Assembly (NCBI GenBank): GCA_050015375.1
Contig: JBEKBN010000005.1
Location: 1,858 to 65,857, forward strand
Source: Minisyncoccia bacterium
Lineage (GTDB): Bacteria > Patescibacteriota > Minisyncoccia > 2-02-FULL-40-12 > IGHO2-01-FULL-4-A
DNA: 64,000 bases
Direction of reading: 5' to 3'
The notes beneath the pieces were generated by a model that saw only the letters and a program-made list of their open reading frames with translations, made no database searches and was not told the DNA's origin. A program made the translations under genes and the position numbers. Positions 47,106 through 57,299 of the stretch are shown in pieces. Positions within the stretch are counted from its first letter, which is position 1. Each line of letters opens with the position of its first letter.

Positions 47106-48476
47106 CTACTCCCAAGACGAGAACCAGACGCGGGCGTTGTACGCTTTCGTGGTCAACGGCAGACCATAGATAATAGGCGCGAAGAAAAGAAACACGATCG
47201 CCGAGAGAACGATTATGGTTGTCAGGATGGCTTTGTTGAATTTGAACCGGTCAATAATGAATACCAGGGCCAAAATGGCGAAGATGAGCGCCGACATGTA
47301 ATGATACAAGAACATTGCCCGGGTGATGCCGATGAAAGGAAGGAGATTGAACAAATAACCGCCGGCGATGAGAAGCGGAAAAGGCGACCCAATGAATTTT
47401 TTGAAGAGTCCGAGGATGAGCTTCCAGCCCCACATCAGCAAACCGTAAAAGATCGCCACCGAGGAAAGCCACCAGATCAGCGGATTGCCGATCAGATATA
47501 TCCGCGAAGCCATGCCGTTAAAATTGTCGTGGAACCAATAATATATCGGCCGGGTCATGAACGGCCAGGTGTACCAGGCGCTCTGGTACGGATGGGTGGC
47601 GGTGAGGGTGGCGTTGGCGCGGTACATTTCAATGTTCAACTCCACGAATTCGCCGATGAGCCCGATCGGTTTCACATTCGGATTTTGGGCGTAGACACTG
47701 CCGACCAAATTTTTTTGGAATGACGGAGTCATAAAAGCATCGCCCGGACCGCTCTTGGTCAGAAGTTTCAAATGAACGGCGAAGATCGAGAAATAAATGA
47801 CGACCGGAACAACAACTACCGCCGCCAGAATATTGCCGATGGAGACAAGGAGTTTCCGTTCTTTCAGTGTTCTGATGATATTGATCGCCTCAAGGATGAA
47901 GATCAGCCCCAAAAAAGACGCGCCAGTCCACTTGACCGACATTGAAAGCGCGCCCAAGATGCCGGCAAGATAAAGATAATTTATTTTTTTCTCCTGGTGA
48001 TATTTGAAATACGCGAGCAATGCCGAAAAGCCGAACAAAAGCAGAAACGAATCTAAAAGGATGAATCGTGACTGGACCAAAAGCGAACTTTCAAGAGTAA
48101 CGAACATACCGGCGGCGAAGGAACCGAATTTGGAAATTCCCAGTCGCAAAGCCAGAAAGAAAATAATTATCGGCAGAAGCACGCCGGCCAACGTCGGCAG
48201 GAGTCGGAGCCAAAGATATGAATTGTCGGGGAATTTCTGGCCGATTTCGGCGTAGCTGAAACCGGGCTTGAATCCGGTCAGATAACCGACGCCGGAAATG
48301 AGCAGTTTACCTAGCGGCGGGTGGATATCGAAAAAATATTGATGGGTAAAATAGCCGGAAATGAACTTGCCGAAATGAACCTCGTCGAAAACGGTCTCGT
48401 TGGGATGGCCGTAATAGGCGAAATGGACGACCAGGGTCGCGACGATGAGAATTATCAGCAGAAGATGTTTTTTCAT
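47106..48476 (-). CDS. Membrane glycosyltransferase, GT39/PMT (ArnT-like) family
   Basis: Multi-TM; HFAYYGHPNETVFDEVHFGKF...DIHPPLGKLL matches the PMT N-terminal loop. Confidence 0.75.
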   Translation of the reverse strand: MKKHLLLIILIVATLVVHFAYYGHPNETVFDEVHFGKFISGYFTHQYFFDIHPPLGKLLISGVGYLTGFKPGFSYAEIGQKFPDNSYLWLRLLPTLAGVLLPIIIFFLALRLGISKFGSFAAGMFVTLESSLLVQSRFILLDSFLLLFGFSALLAYFKYHQEKKINYLYLAGILGALSMSVKWTGASFLGLIFILEAINIIRTLKERKLLVSIGNILAAVVVVPVVIYFSIFAVHLKLLTKSGPGDAFMTPSFQKNLVGSVYAQNPNVKPIGLIGEFVELNIEMYRANATLTATHPYQSAWYTWPFMTRPIYYWFHDNFNGMASRIYLIGNPLIWWLSSVAIFYGLLMWGWKLILGLFKKFIGSPFPLLIAGGYLFNLLPFIGITRAMFLYHYMSALIFAILALVFIIDRFKFNKAILTTIIVLSAIVFLFFAPIIYGLPLTTKAYNARVWFSSWE

Positions 48477-48507
48477 ATATAATTATGATATAATAATCCC
48501 ATATTTT

Positions 48508-49482
48508 ATGAAAGTTTATGATTTGATCATTATCGGAGGATCTGCCGCCGCTACCAGCGCCGGCATCTATGCCGCCAGACGCGGCTTGGATTTTTTGATC
48601 CTGACCAAAGAATTCGGCGGGGAAGTCGCGACATCGGGCGAGATCGGCAACTGGCCCGGCGTCAACAAAACCGACGGCATCACATTATCGCGGCAATTCA
48701 AAGAACACCTCAAGTCGTATAAAGTCGAACCCCGGGAAGGCGTCGAAGTGGCGAAGATCACCAAACAAGAAGACGATCTGTTTTGCGTGACCGTTAAGAC
48801 CGATGGCGAGAAAATGGTTTCCGATAAAATGCTTGTCGAGGCCGATGCTGTTCCCAAATGCGATTATGTTTCGAGAACCGTCATTGTAGCCACGGGCGTT
48901 CATCCCCGAACTTTAGGTATTCCCGGCGAAAAAGAATTCCGCAACAAAGGTTTGAGCTATTGCACCGTTTGTGACGGTCCGCTTTTCGCTGGTTTGACGG
49001 CGGCGACCATCGGCGGCGGCAATTCGGCGCTGGAATCGGCCCTGATGCTTTCGGATATTTGCAAAAATGTCATCGTCATCAATAAAAACCATATTTTTAA
49101 AGGCGAAGAGGTGCTGATCAATAACCTCAAAACCAAGAAAAATGTCGAGATCATTTATGACGCGTTAACCACAGAAATCATTGGCAATGAATTCGTTTCT
49201 GGGTTAAAATATATCAAGGACGGTAAGTCGGAAGAGGCAGCGGTCAATGGCGTTTTCGTCCACATTGGCATGACGCCAAACAATAAGCTCGTTCCCGATA
49301 ACGTTGTCAAAAATCAAGTCGGCGAGATCGTAGTCAATCGAAATTGTGAGACCAACATCCCCGGGCTTTACGCCGCCGGCGACGTCACCGATACGCCTTT
49401 CAAGCAAATCATCATTGCCGCCGGTCAGGGGACGATCGCAACATTATCAGCGGTGCAATATTTGAATAAAATAAAAATTTGA
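48508..49482 (+). CDS. trxB: Thioredoxin-disulfide reductase
   Basis: FAD motif IIGGSAAATSAG, redox CTVCDG, NAD GGGNSALE. ATG 48508 (MKVYDL) chosen. Confidence 0.8.
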   Translation: MKVYDLIIIGGSAAATSAGIYAARRGLDFLILTKEFGGEVATSGEIGNWPGVNKTDGITLSRQFKEHLKSYKVEPREGVEVAKITKQEDDLFCVTVKTDGEKMVSDKMLVEADAVPKCDYVSRTVIVATGVHPRTLGIPGEKEFRNKGLSYCTVCDGPLFAGLTAATIGGGNSALESALMLSDICKNVIVINKNHIFKGEEVLINNLKTKKNVEIIYDALTTEIIGNEFVSGLKYIKDGKSEEAAVNGVFVHIGMTPNNKLVPDNVVKNQVGEIVVNRNCETNIPGLYAAGDVTDTPFKQIIIAAGQGTIATLSAVQYLNKIKI

Positions 49483-49486
49483 AATT

Positions 49487-49966
49487 ATGACGATCTATAT
49501 CGGTACCGATCATAAAGGTTTCAGAATAAAGGAAAAGGTCAAAGCGTGGCTGACCGACTGGGGTTATGACATCGAGGATGTGGGCGCCCACAGTTTGGAT
49601 CCGGACGACGACTATCCGGATTACGCTTCCCAAGTGGCTGCCAAGGTCTCCGCCGATCCTGGAGAAACCAAGGGCATAATATTGGGCGCTACCGGCGAAG
49701 GCGAAGCCATTGTGGCCAACAAATATAACGGCGTCAGGTGTAGTGTTTATTATGGCGGGCCGGAAGAGATTGTCGCTTTGTCCCGCGACCACAGCGACGC
49801 CAATATCTTTTCCATCGGAGTTCTGTTCTTAGACGAAGAAACTTTGAAAAAAATGATAAAATTGTGGCTTGAGAAACCGTTCAGCGGAATGGAAAGACAC
49901 ATCCGGAGATTGGCGAAGATCAAAGAGATCGAAGCCGAGTTTGGCGAACAACACAAGAAAGCTTAA
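49487..49966 (+). CDS. rpiB: Ribose-5-phosphate isomerase B
   Basis: MTIYIGTDHKGF... Confidence 0.85.
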   Translation: MTIYIGTDHKGFRIKEKVKAWLTDWGYDIEDVGAHSLDPDDDYPDYASQVAAKVSADPGETKGIILGATGEGEAIVANKYNGVRCSVYYGGPEEIVALSRDHSDANIFSIGVLFLDEETLKKMIKLWLEKPFSGMERHIRRLAKIKEIEAEFGEQHKKA

Positions 49967-49968
49967 TA

Positions 49969-50417
49969 TGAAAATCTATATCGGAGCGGATCATCGAGGA
50001 TTCGCCCTGAAAGAAAAAATAAAAGTTTGGCTGGCGAATTGGAACTACCAATCAGAAGATGTCGGCGCTTTTGAGCACAATGAAAGCGACGACTACCCGG
50101 ATTTTGCCGAACTGGTCGCTAAAAAAGTCGCCGCCGATGCCGGGAGCAAGGGAATTTTGCTTTGCGGCTCCGATATCGGCGTAACCATTGCCGCCAACAA
50201 AATAAAAGGCATCCGTGCCGGCGGCGCGACCATCGCCGAGCAGATCCAAGCGGCGGTCTATGATGACGATATAAATGTCTTAACGATCGGCGCCGACTAT
50301 CTGAACGAAGAACAGGCCAAAGAAATCGTCAAAATTTTCTTGGAGGCCAAATTTTCCAACGGCCGGAGGTTCGTCAGACGAATTGAAAAGATCAATAATT
50401 TAGAAAAAAATAATTAA
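49969..50417 (+). CDS. rpiB: Ribose-5-phosphate isomerase B, tandem paralog
   Basis: MKIYIGADHRGFALKEK. The track ORF starts earlier at 49869. Confidence 0.8.
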
Positions 50418-50428
50418 CTTTTCATAAT

Positions 50429-51400
50429 ATGGCAAAAGTATTTGTGACAAGACCCATTCCCGAAGCCGGAATAAATTTGCTGAAAAGCAAAGGATTTGAG
50501 ATCGTCGTCAACGAAGCGGCGGCTGACCGGGTAGCGACAAAGGAAGAACTGATTGCCGGTGCCGCTGGCGCCGATGCAATACTCTCGGTCCTAACTGATA
50601 ATATTGATGCTGATGTCATAGCGGCGGGATTACCGGCATTGAAGATCGTGGCCAATTTCGCCGTCGGCTATGATAATGTTGATGTCAAAACCGCCAAAGA
50701 AAAAAATATTTTTGTGACCAACACGCCCGGCGTTCTGACCGAAACGGTGGCCGAACATACCTTCGGTCTTTTAATGGCCATCAGCCGGCGGATCCCGGAA
50801 GGGGACAAGTTTGCCCGCGCCGGCAAATATACCGCTTGGGGACCGAAACTGCTTTTGGGCACTGACATGGCCGGGAAAACCCTCGGCATTATCGGTCTTG
50901 GCAGGATCGGCTCGCGGGTCGCCCATTTTGCCATCAGGGCTTTGGAGATGAAGGTCATTTACACCGATACCAAACCCAATCCTGAATTTGAAAAAGAATA
51001 CGGAGCAGTTTTCGCGCCGACAGTTGATGCGCTTTTACCTCAAGCCGACTTTGTTTCCATTCATGTCCCTATGCTTGAATCAACAAGGCACCTGATGAAC
51101 GAAGCCAGATTTAAACTAATGAAAAAGTCGGCTTATCTAATCAATACCGCCCGCGGACCGATCGTGGACGAACTTGCTTTGGCGGCCGCTCTGAAAAATG
51201 GCACCATCAAAGGCGCGGCGATCGATGTTTTCGAATTCGAACCGAAAATTTCGCCCGAATTGATCGCTTTGGATAATATCGTCATGACTCCCCACACGGC
51301 CTCGGCCTCGGAAGAAACCAGAGATAAAATGGCGATCATGGCCGCGACAAATATAATAGAAGTTTTGGAGGGCCGAAACCCGCCAAATCCAGTTCAATGA
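50429..51400 (+). CDS. D-isomer-specific 2-hydroxyacid dehydrogenase (glyoxylate/hydroxypyruvate reductase-like)
   Basis: GIIGLGRIGSRVA NAD-binding motif and family architecture. Confidence 0.85.
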   Translation: MAKVFVTRPIPEAGINLLKSKGFEIVVNEAAADRVATKEELIAGAAGADAILSVLTDNIDADVIAAGLPALKIVANFAVGYDNVDVKTAKEKNIFVTNTPGVLTETVAEHTFGLLMAISRRIPEGDKFARAGKYTAWGPKLLLGTDMAGKTLGIIGLGRIGSRVAHFAIRALEMKVIYTDTKPNPEFEKEYGAVFAPTVDALLPQADFVSIHVPMLESTRHLMNEARFKLMKKSAYLINTARGPIVDELALAAALKNGTIKGAAIDVFEFEPKISPELIALDNIVMTPHTASASEETRDKMAIMAATNIIEVLEGRNPPNPVQ

Positions 51401-52032
51401 GCGTTGAAATAATTCCGTCAATTTTGGTCAAAACCAAAGAAGAGTTCCTGGACAAAGTTATCACGATTGAACCTTACGCCGATCAGGCGCACATTGACGT
51501 TGCCGACGGGATATTCGTGCCCAACATGACCATTGACGGGGTTGAAGAGCTGGAAGAAGTCGAATCAAGTTTGCGATTTGGCGTCCATTTGATGGTTTCC
51601 AAACCGGAAAATCACATCCATCGCTGGCTCCAAACCCAAGTTGAGAGAATAGTTTTTCATATCGAGGCCACTAAAAAATCCCGAGAGATAATTGACGCCG
51701 CCAAGGAAGGCGAAAAATTGATCGGTATCGCTTTGAATCCCAAAACGCCGGTTTCCGAGATCGAACCTTTTGTTGATTCGGTTGATTTCGTTCATTTCAT
51801 GACCGTTGAGCCGGGTTTCAACGGCGGCGCGTTCGTGGACAGCGTCATTGATAAAATTTCCGATTTTCATTATTTCTATCCCGACAAGGAAATTGAAGTT
51901 GATGGCGGGGTGACGCCTGAGACCGCGCCGCGACTCATCGCCGTCGGCGCGACGCTTTTAGTCGTCGGAAGTTATATTTGGCAAAATCACGATGCCGGAA
52001 AAGCGATTGAAAATTTAAAAAATTTGATTTGA
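51397..52032 (+). CDS. rpe: Ribulose-phosphate 3-epimerase
   Basis: HIDVADGIFVPNMTID. Confidence 0.85.
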   Translation: MSVEIIPSILVKTKEEFLDKVITIEPYADQAHIDVADGIFVPNMTIDGVEELEEVESSLRFGVHLMVSKPENHIHRWLQTQVERIVFHIEATKKSREIIDAAKEGEKLIGIALNPKTPVSEIEPFVDSVDFVHFMTVEPGFNGGAFVDSVIDKISDFHYFYPDKEIEVDGGVTPETAPRLIAVGATLLVVGSYIWQNHDAGKAIENLKNLI

Positions 52033-53018
52033 TCATGCCCCATAAATTTGATGTCATCTCCCTCGGTTCCTCGACTCGCGATGTCCTCTTGAAAAGCGGT
52101 TACTTTGAGACGCGCAAACATGGCGATTCACCGACGGGAGTGGAGCAGTGTTTTCCTTTGGGTACGAAACTGGAGATCAAAGAGATATATTTTACCACTG
52201 GCGGCGGCGGACACAACGCGGCGGTGACATTTGCCCGGCAAGGTTTCAAAACGGCTTGCGTTGGCGTCATCGGCGACGATATCACCGGTCAGGAAATAAT
52301 CTGGGAATTGAAAAAAGAAGGCGTCAACGCCGACATGTTCCAGAAACATGCCGAAGGCCATTCGGCCTACTCGATAATCATGGTTCATCCGAACGGCGAG
52401 CGGACAATTTTGAGTTACAAAGGCGAGGGCCAGCATTTCGATGTCAAAAAAATTCCTTTGGAAAAAATGGATTCGGAATGGCTGTATCTGGATTCAATGG
52501 GCGGCCATTACGACTTGATGTGGTCGGTGGTCAATCACGCCGTCAAGAACGGGATCAAGATCGCTTTCAATCCCGGCGGCAAAGAACTCGAGCACGGACT
52601 GGAAAGATTGAAACCAATTTTGCGCCACATTGATGTTTATCTCACAAACAAAGAAGAAGGCGCTGAGTTACTGAAAGTCAAATCCCAGAATTGGGGGATC
52701 GTTTTGGAAAAATTGTCGAAACTCGTGAAAGGCGTAGCCATCGTTTCGGACGGCCACAACGGAGTTCGGGTATCGGACAAAAGAAATATTTACAGCGCCG
52801 GCGTGCCCGATTCGCCGGTCATTGAGAGAACCGGCGCCGGAGATGCGTTCGGTTCGGGATTCGTCAGTGAGTTCATGCGGGTGGGAAATATTACCAAGGC
52901 CATTCAATTCGCGACGGCCAACGCTTCATCGGTAGTGACGAAATTCGGGGCCAAGGCGGGGATTCTCAAAAAAGGGGATTGGGGACCGTGGAAGCTGGTT
53001 GAGGTCAGCAAAAAGTAG
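52029..53018 (+). CDS. PfkB-family carbohydrate kinase (ribokinase-like)
   Basis: GGGGHNAAV ... TGAGDAFGSGFV. Confidence 0.8.
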   Translation: MIMPHKFDVISLGSSTRDVLLKSGYFETRKHGDSPTGVEQCFPLGTKLEIKEIYFTTGGGGHNAAVTFARQGFKTACVGVIGDDITGQEIIWELKKEGVNADMFQKHAEGHSAYSIIMVHPNGERTILSYKGEGQHFDVKKIPLEKMDSEWLYLDSMGGHYDLMWSVVNHAVKNGIKIAFNPGGKELEHGLERLKPILRHIDVYLTNKEEGAELLKVKSQNWGIVLEKLSKLVKGVAIVSDGHNGVRVSDKRNIYSAGVPDSPVIERTGAGDAFGSGFVSEFMRVGNITKAIQFATANASSVVTKFGAKAGILKKGDWGPWKLVEVSKK

Positions 53019-53024
53019 TTAATT

Positions 53025-53215
53025 AAAATCCCGGACCAGGCTCACCGGATTGCTTTCCGGGGACTTAGGAAATCCCAGCGAGATTTCCGTCATCCGGTTG
53101 TCGGTTGCCGTCGCTGATTGACGGCTTTTTGATTTCACAAAAAGCCGTCAATCAGACCCTGCCGACGGCACCGACAACGACCCCTGAAAGCAATCCGGTT
53201 CGCAGGGATTTTCAA
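53025..53215. repeat. 191-bp palindromic repeat element, copy 2
   Basis: Inserted at the centre of a pre-existing palindrome gcaaaaagtagttaatt | aattaactactttttgc that includes the kinase stop codon. Confidence 0.85.
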
Positions 53216-53229
53216 TTAACTACTTTTTG

Positions 53230-54100
53230 CTGTTGTATTCGGTTGGTTAAAACAAAAGACCCCTGTCCAAATGGATCAGAGGCCGGAACCCTACAGAAGC
53301 CGTTCGGTTATTTCAGCTTCTTTGCCTTTTGTTTGTCGGCAGGTTCGGATTATGTATGATGTGAGTCCCATTTTACTCCACGGGTTTCTCACGATGTCTG
53401 CCAACCGAAAGGTCAGGCACCTGAAGGATTTTCACCTTCTAAAGATCTATGATTGCGGGCCCGCCTGCCGCAGATCGGGAAACCCGACAAAAACTGCGGC
53501 AGGACAGGTAAATGGGAACATTTGTTCGCATTGGGAGGCGAACCTTCCGGAGTTCCCGACCCGGAAATGACACGAACAATGATGAACCAGTGGGCGACCG
53601 CTCCAAAAAATGGGTGGCCCGTCATCATCTGATGTTCGTGCCGGTGGTGCGAGTTACACCAGATTGTGGGTGACCCGATTGAACGGGAACCCTATGTCCA
53701 AGCGTAACTCGCGCCGGTGTACGGGAGCTACCGATACATTGAGTGGCTACTTCGTGCCTTTTTTTACGAAGTGCCTGCACTGATAACTCTCGCACAAGTC
53801 GGTCTTGCCGTGGAGAAGGCCAGGGCGCCGGTCGTCAGGAACTCTTCATTTTCAAAGAAATGGAAAGGGTCAAAACCTTCATAGGCGTATTCCTCGCTAT
53901 GCTAGCGGAAAAAGGGGTGGGCACGGCTGTGCGCCACCACGGTTTCAGAGAAAAACACTGATGTGATAAGTTGGGTCTGGCATTTATGCGGGTGGGAAGC
54001 GCGCCAGACCCTATTTGCGGGGTAGTCCCGGCCCACCACATCTCCCAAAACATATTTAATTGTTAATGTATCCAGTATAGCACAACCATATATCCTGTCA
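53230..54100. other. ORF-free GC-rich structured region of about 870 bp; candidate large ncRNA(s)
   Basis: No ORF over about 75 aa on either strand. Segment 53780..54045 resembles the RNase P RNA P4-P5 region (aaguc...ggccagggcgcc) but lacks full consensus. Confidence 0.25.
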
Positions 54101-54101
54101 A

Positions 54102-54129
54102 CCCCCACACTCAAATTTGAGTGTGGGGG
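54102..54129. repeat. Palindrome cccccacactcaaatttgagtgtggggg, intergenic
   Basis: Family member; see 29811..29839. Confidence 0.85.
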
Positions 54130-54269
54130 TTAAGTCCTGAAAGGTAGATTGTGTCAATATCATCAAAAAACCGTGAAAAATAAGGGTTTTTGAGGAGTGA
54201 CTAGCGGTGCGGCGGCATCGCCGCCGCGCCGCTGGCTTGTTTATTCTTTTTTTGATAAAATTACGTCAT

Positions 54270-55499
54270 ATGTCGCAATCACATGAGAAATTAGCCAAAA
54301 TCTTGCGGGTTGAGCCGCAGGTTTTAGTTGATTTGGAGAAAAAAATGATTGAGATTTGCGGCCACGACAGTGTTGTCGAGCGGATTATGGGCCAGAACGA
54401 AGCTCGCATTGATCAGACATTGTTGAAGTTCGGTTTGGATAGAAAATCCAGCGCCGAGGACGTTTATGCCACACTTGTGGGCAACCTAAAAGAGCTTGAC
54501 GCAAAACTTTATGACTATCTTGACCAGCCGAAACTCGGGGGTATGAGCGAGAACATCGGCAAACTCGGCGAAGTGGCTTTGCGCTTGAGCCATCCCTCGA
54601 CCGGATTTTTCATCAAAAGAGAAAAAGCCGTTGAAATGCTCGAAAAATTCCCGCCGGAGAATATTTTGAAATTCTTTGGCTATCAGACCGTGGCCGAACT
54701 TGTTAAAAAAGAAGGTTTCTCATCCGTTTTCAGCGCTTTGCGTTTTGCCCAGGACCAGAAATGGATGCACAAGTTTTTTGACGAGGCATATTCCGATCTG
54801 AAAGCCGATGATTTCGAAGAAAGAAACGTCGAGATAAAAGTTCTCGACACCAAATGGCTTAAAGTTGCCGAAAAATTTCTTGAGAAAAAATATCACAACC
54901 TCAGCCACCTCAAAGAATTCGGCGTCATCTTCATAATTCCGCTTGAGATCGATACTGACGGGGAAATGATGCGAGTTTTCACCCTGCTTTTGCACTATTT
55001 GAACGAAGTTCCGTTCTATTCCAAACTTTTCCGCAAATATTCTCATGACGCGGATTTTCCCGACAAACTAAAATCGCTTTTGCGCGGCGATGTGCCGGAA
55101 GATAAAAACGACGACATCGGCGCCAAATGGCGGATCGTCCAGCGCTATCTCGCCAAAGACGACGTTGATGATTTCCGATTGCTTGAACCTCATGTCAATC
55201 CCGAAGCCGAGCATTGGTTCAAAGCCGCTGGAAATCTGTCAGGTTTGGATTTTTTGGGCAACTGGCAGGACTTAGATTTCGTCGGCGACTTTTTCCCATC
55301 AAAAGGCGGCGGCGATTTGCTTGTAAGTTTTGATTTGATCGATCTGGTGATGTCATTGGTCAAAAAGGGTGAGATAAAATATTTATATCATCAGGAAGAG
55401 GCGCTGTGGAACAAAATATTTCTAGAATATGTCGGCCGCGACCGGATGAATGAGTTGATCGAGGAAAATCTCATCAGTGGATATATAAATTTAAAATGA
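54270..55499 (+). CDS. Hypothetical protein upstream of fba
   Basis: Track ORF starts at 54207; MSQSHEK at 54270 is the more plausible start. Confidence 0.4.
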   Translation: MSQSHEKLAKILRVEPQVLVDLEKKMIEICGHDSVVERIMGQNEARIDQTLLKFGLDRKSSAEDVYATLVGNLKELDAKLYDYLDQPKLGGMSENIGKLGEVALRLSHPSTGFFIKREKAVEMLEKFPPENILKFFGYQTVAELVKKEGFSSVFSALRFAQDQKWMHKFFDEAYSDLKADDFEERNVEIKVLDTKWLKVAEKFLEKKYHNLSHLKEFGVIFIIPLEIDTDGEMMRVFTLLLHYLNEVPFYSKLFRKYSHDADFPDKLKSLLRGDVPEDKNDDIGAKWRIVQRYLAKDDVDDFRLLEPHVNPEAEHWFKAAGNLSGLDFLGNWQDLDFVGDFFPSKGGGDLLVSFDLIDLVMSLVKKGEIKYLYHQEEALWNKIFLEYVGRDRMNELIEENLISGYINLK

Positions 55500-56356
55500 A
55501 AAAATTAAACGAATATTTTCAAAAGGCAAAGGCGGAAAAGTGGGCAATCGGTCATTTTAATTTTTCGACCGAGGACCAATTGAAAGCATTCGTCGAGGCG
55601 GCGGCGGAATTAAAATCTCCAATCATGGTGGCGGTTTCGGAAGGCGAGGCCAAGTATTTCGGACGGCCGCAAGCGGCGGCGCTGGTGAAATCATTTCAGG
55701 AAACCGGCAATCCCGTCTATCTCAACGCCGATCATCACAAGTCATGGGAGACGATCAAAGATGCCATTGATGCCGGGTTTGACACGGTTTTGTTCGACGG
55801 GTCAAAATTGCCATATGAAGAAAATATCGCTTTGACCAAAAAGGTCGTCACCTACGCCAAGAAAAAAGATTCGGACATGATGGTGGAAGGGGAGCTGGGT
55901 TATCTTCGGGGCGATTCTCAAATTCAGGAAAATGTCGAGATAAGCCCGGCGGATTACACTCAACCGGAACAAGCTACGGACTTCGTTAAAAAAACCGGCG
56001 TTGACCGGCTGGCGATTGTTTTTGGCAACATCCATGGCATTGTTACCAAACAAGAAGAACATCTCGATATCGGTTTATTAAAAAAAATCGTGACAGCGGT
56101 ACCGGATGTCTATCTGGTTTTGCATGGCGCGTCAGGTTTGCCGCCGGTGGAAATCAAAGAAGCCATCGCCAACGGCATTACCAATGTCCACATCAATACC
56201 GAACTTCGGGTGGCATATATTGACGCGTTGAAAGAAGCCATTCAAAAAGATCCGAAACAAACCACGCCCTACAAAGTTTTCGGCGATTCTTACGAAGCCA
56301 CAAAAAAAGCCATCAGAGAAAAACTGGAACTCTTCGGGTCAGTCGCAGGGATCTGA
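55496..56356 (+). CDS. fba: Class II fructose-bisphosphate aldolase
   Basis: AIGHFNFST...LNADHHKS...LVLHGASGL. Confidence 0.9.
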   Translation: MKKLNEYFQKAKAEKWAIGHFNFSTEDQLKAFVEAAAELKSPIMVAVSEGEAKYFGRPQAAALVKSFQETGNPVYLNADHHKSWETIKDAIDAGFDTVLFDGSKLPYEENIALTKKVVTYAKKKDSDMMVEGELGYLRGDSQIQENVEISPADYTQPEQATDFVKKTGVDRLAIVFGNIHGIVTKQEEHLDIGLLKKIVTAVPDVYLVLHGASGLPPVEIKEAIANGITNVHINTELRVAYIDALKEAIQKDPKQTTPYKVFGDSYEATKKAIREKLELFGSVAGI

Positions 56357-56563
56357 CGCGAACCCCTTTTGATATTTCCGAACCTCCATCTCTATTTTCC
56401 GGCTAGCTTCGGCGATTGCCTCTCTGATCACCACTCCATTTCCCAGCGAGAAATGTCGTTCGCTCAAAAGCGTGGATTTTGCTCGCAGTGGCTCACGCCG
56501 ATATTATACTGCTCGCAAACCGTGCAATCCACCCTTTTGAGCGTGCTCCGAGAGGCAATCACC
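56354..56563 (+). ncRNA. Structured repeat element copy A, beginning at the fba stop codon
   Basis: Outer stem gattgcctctctga / tcagagaggcaatc enclosing a conserved core. About 90% identical (reverse-complemented) to 62682..62828, with compensatory outer-stem changes. Confidence 0.4.
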
Positions 56564-56690
56564 TCGCCTGATCGCTGGAATATTATTGAAGTCCGGAAAT
56601 GATGCGGGCCTGCCTAAATCTTCTCAACTGACACCGCCGAGTTTGCAGGTGAGCGGCTTAGACACAAAAAAGCCACCCATTCGGATGGCG

Positions 56691-56969
56691 TTACGACCGG
56701 GATTCAAGATCGCCCAATAATCTAGAAATCTCATCGTCTAATCCAAAGCCTATGTAAGGTTCTTTGACCCTTATTTTAGCTAGCCGAATAATTACCCCCT
56801 GTAAATCATTTTCGGGTATTGTCATTTCTCGCATCACATGAATGAGGGTTCGGGTCGTATGCTGAATAGTGATGTGATTGATACGATTACTGGTTAGGGA
56901 CAGGTTATGCATTATTCTTGAAACAATAACCTCGTGAGGCGATTTTTTCTCATATATTATATTCGGCAT
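56691..56969 (-). CDS. Hypothetical protein
   Basis: 92 aa, low GC. Confidence 0.3.
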   Translation of the reverse strand: MPNIIYEKKSPHEVIVSRIMHNLSLTSNRINHITIQHTTRTLIHVMREMTIPENDLQGVIIRLAKIRVKEPYIGFGLDDEISRLLGDLESRS

Positions 56970-57299
56970 GATTTCCTCATTTAGATTAAAGAACTGGCGA
57001 CATCATCGTCGCAAATACTTTATATGCCAAACCCGAAAAAAATACAAGAAGGCGATACGGATGTTTAGGAATGCGGATGAACGAAGCCGATTAATCCCTG
57101 CGAACCCTGGTTCCTTTGGAGGGCACTGCCAGTCCCGTCGAGCAAGGTTTTTCTTGAGCTGTAATCAGCAAAAGAAAATCGACGGGATCTGGCAATGAGC
57201 GGAGATTTCGAAAGACAAAGACCTCGCAGGGGTCATAGAGTCGAAGCGTCCCGACAAAGGGACTAGGGTGAGCCCAGGTCGGGGATTGATCGGCTCGCG

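Noticed and set aside
53230-54100. tmRNA (ssrA)
   Set aside because: No tRNA-Ala-like acceptor/T-arm with CCA-proximal GGUUCGA-type loop and no plausible tag reading frame ending in AA-stop were found on either strand.
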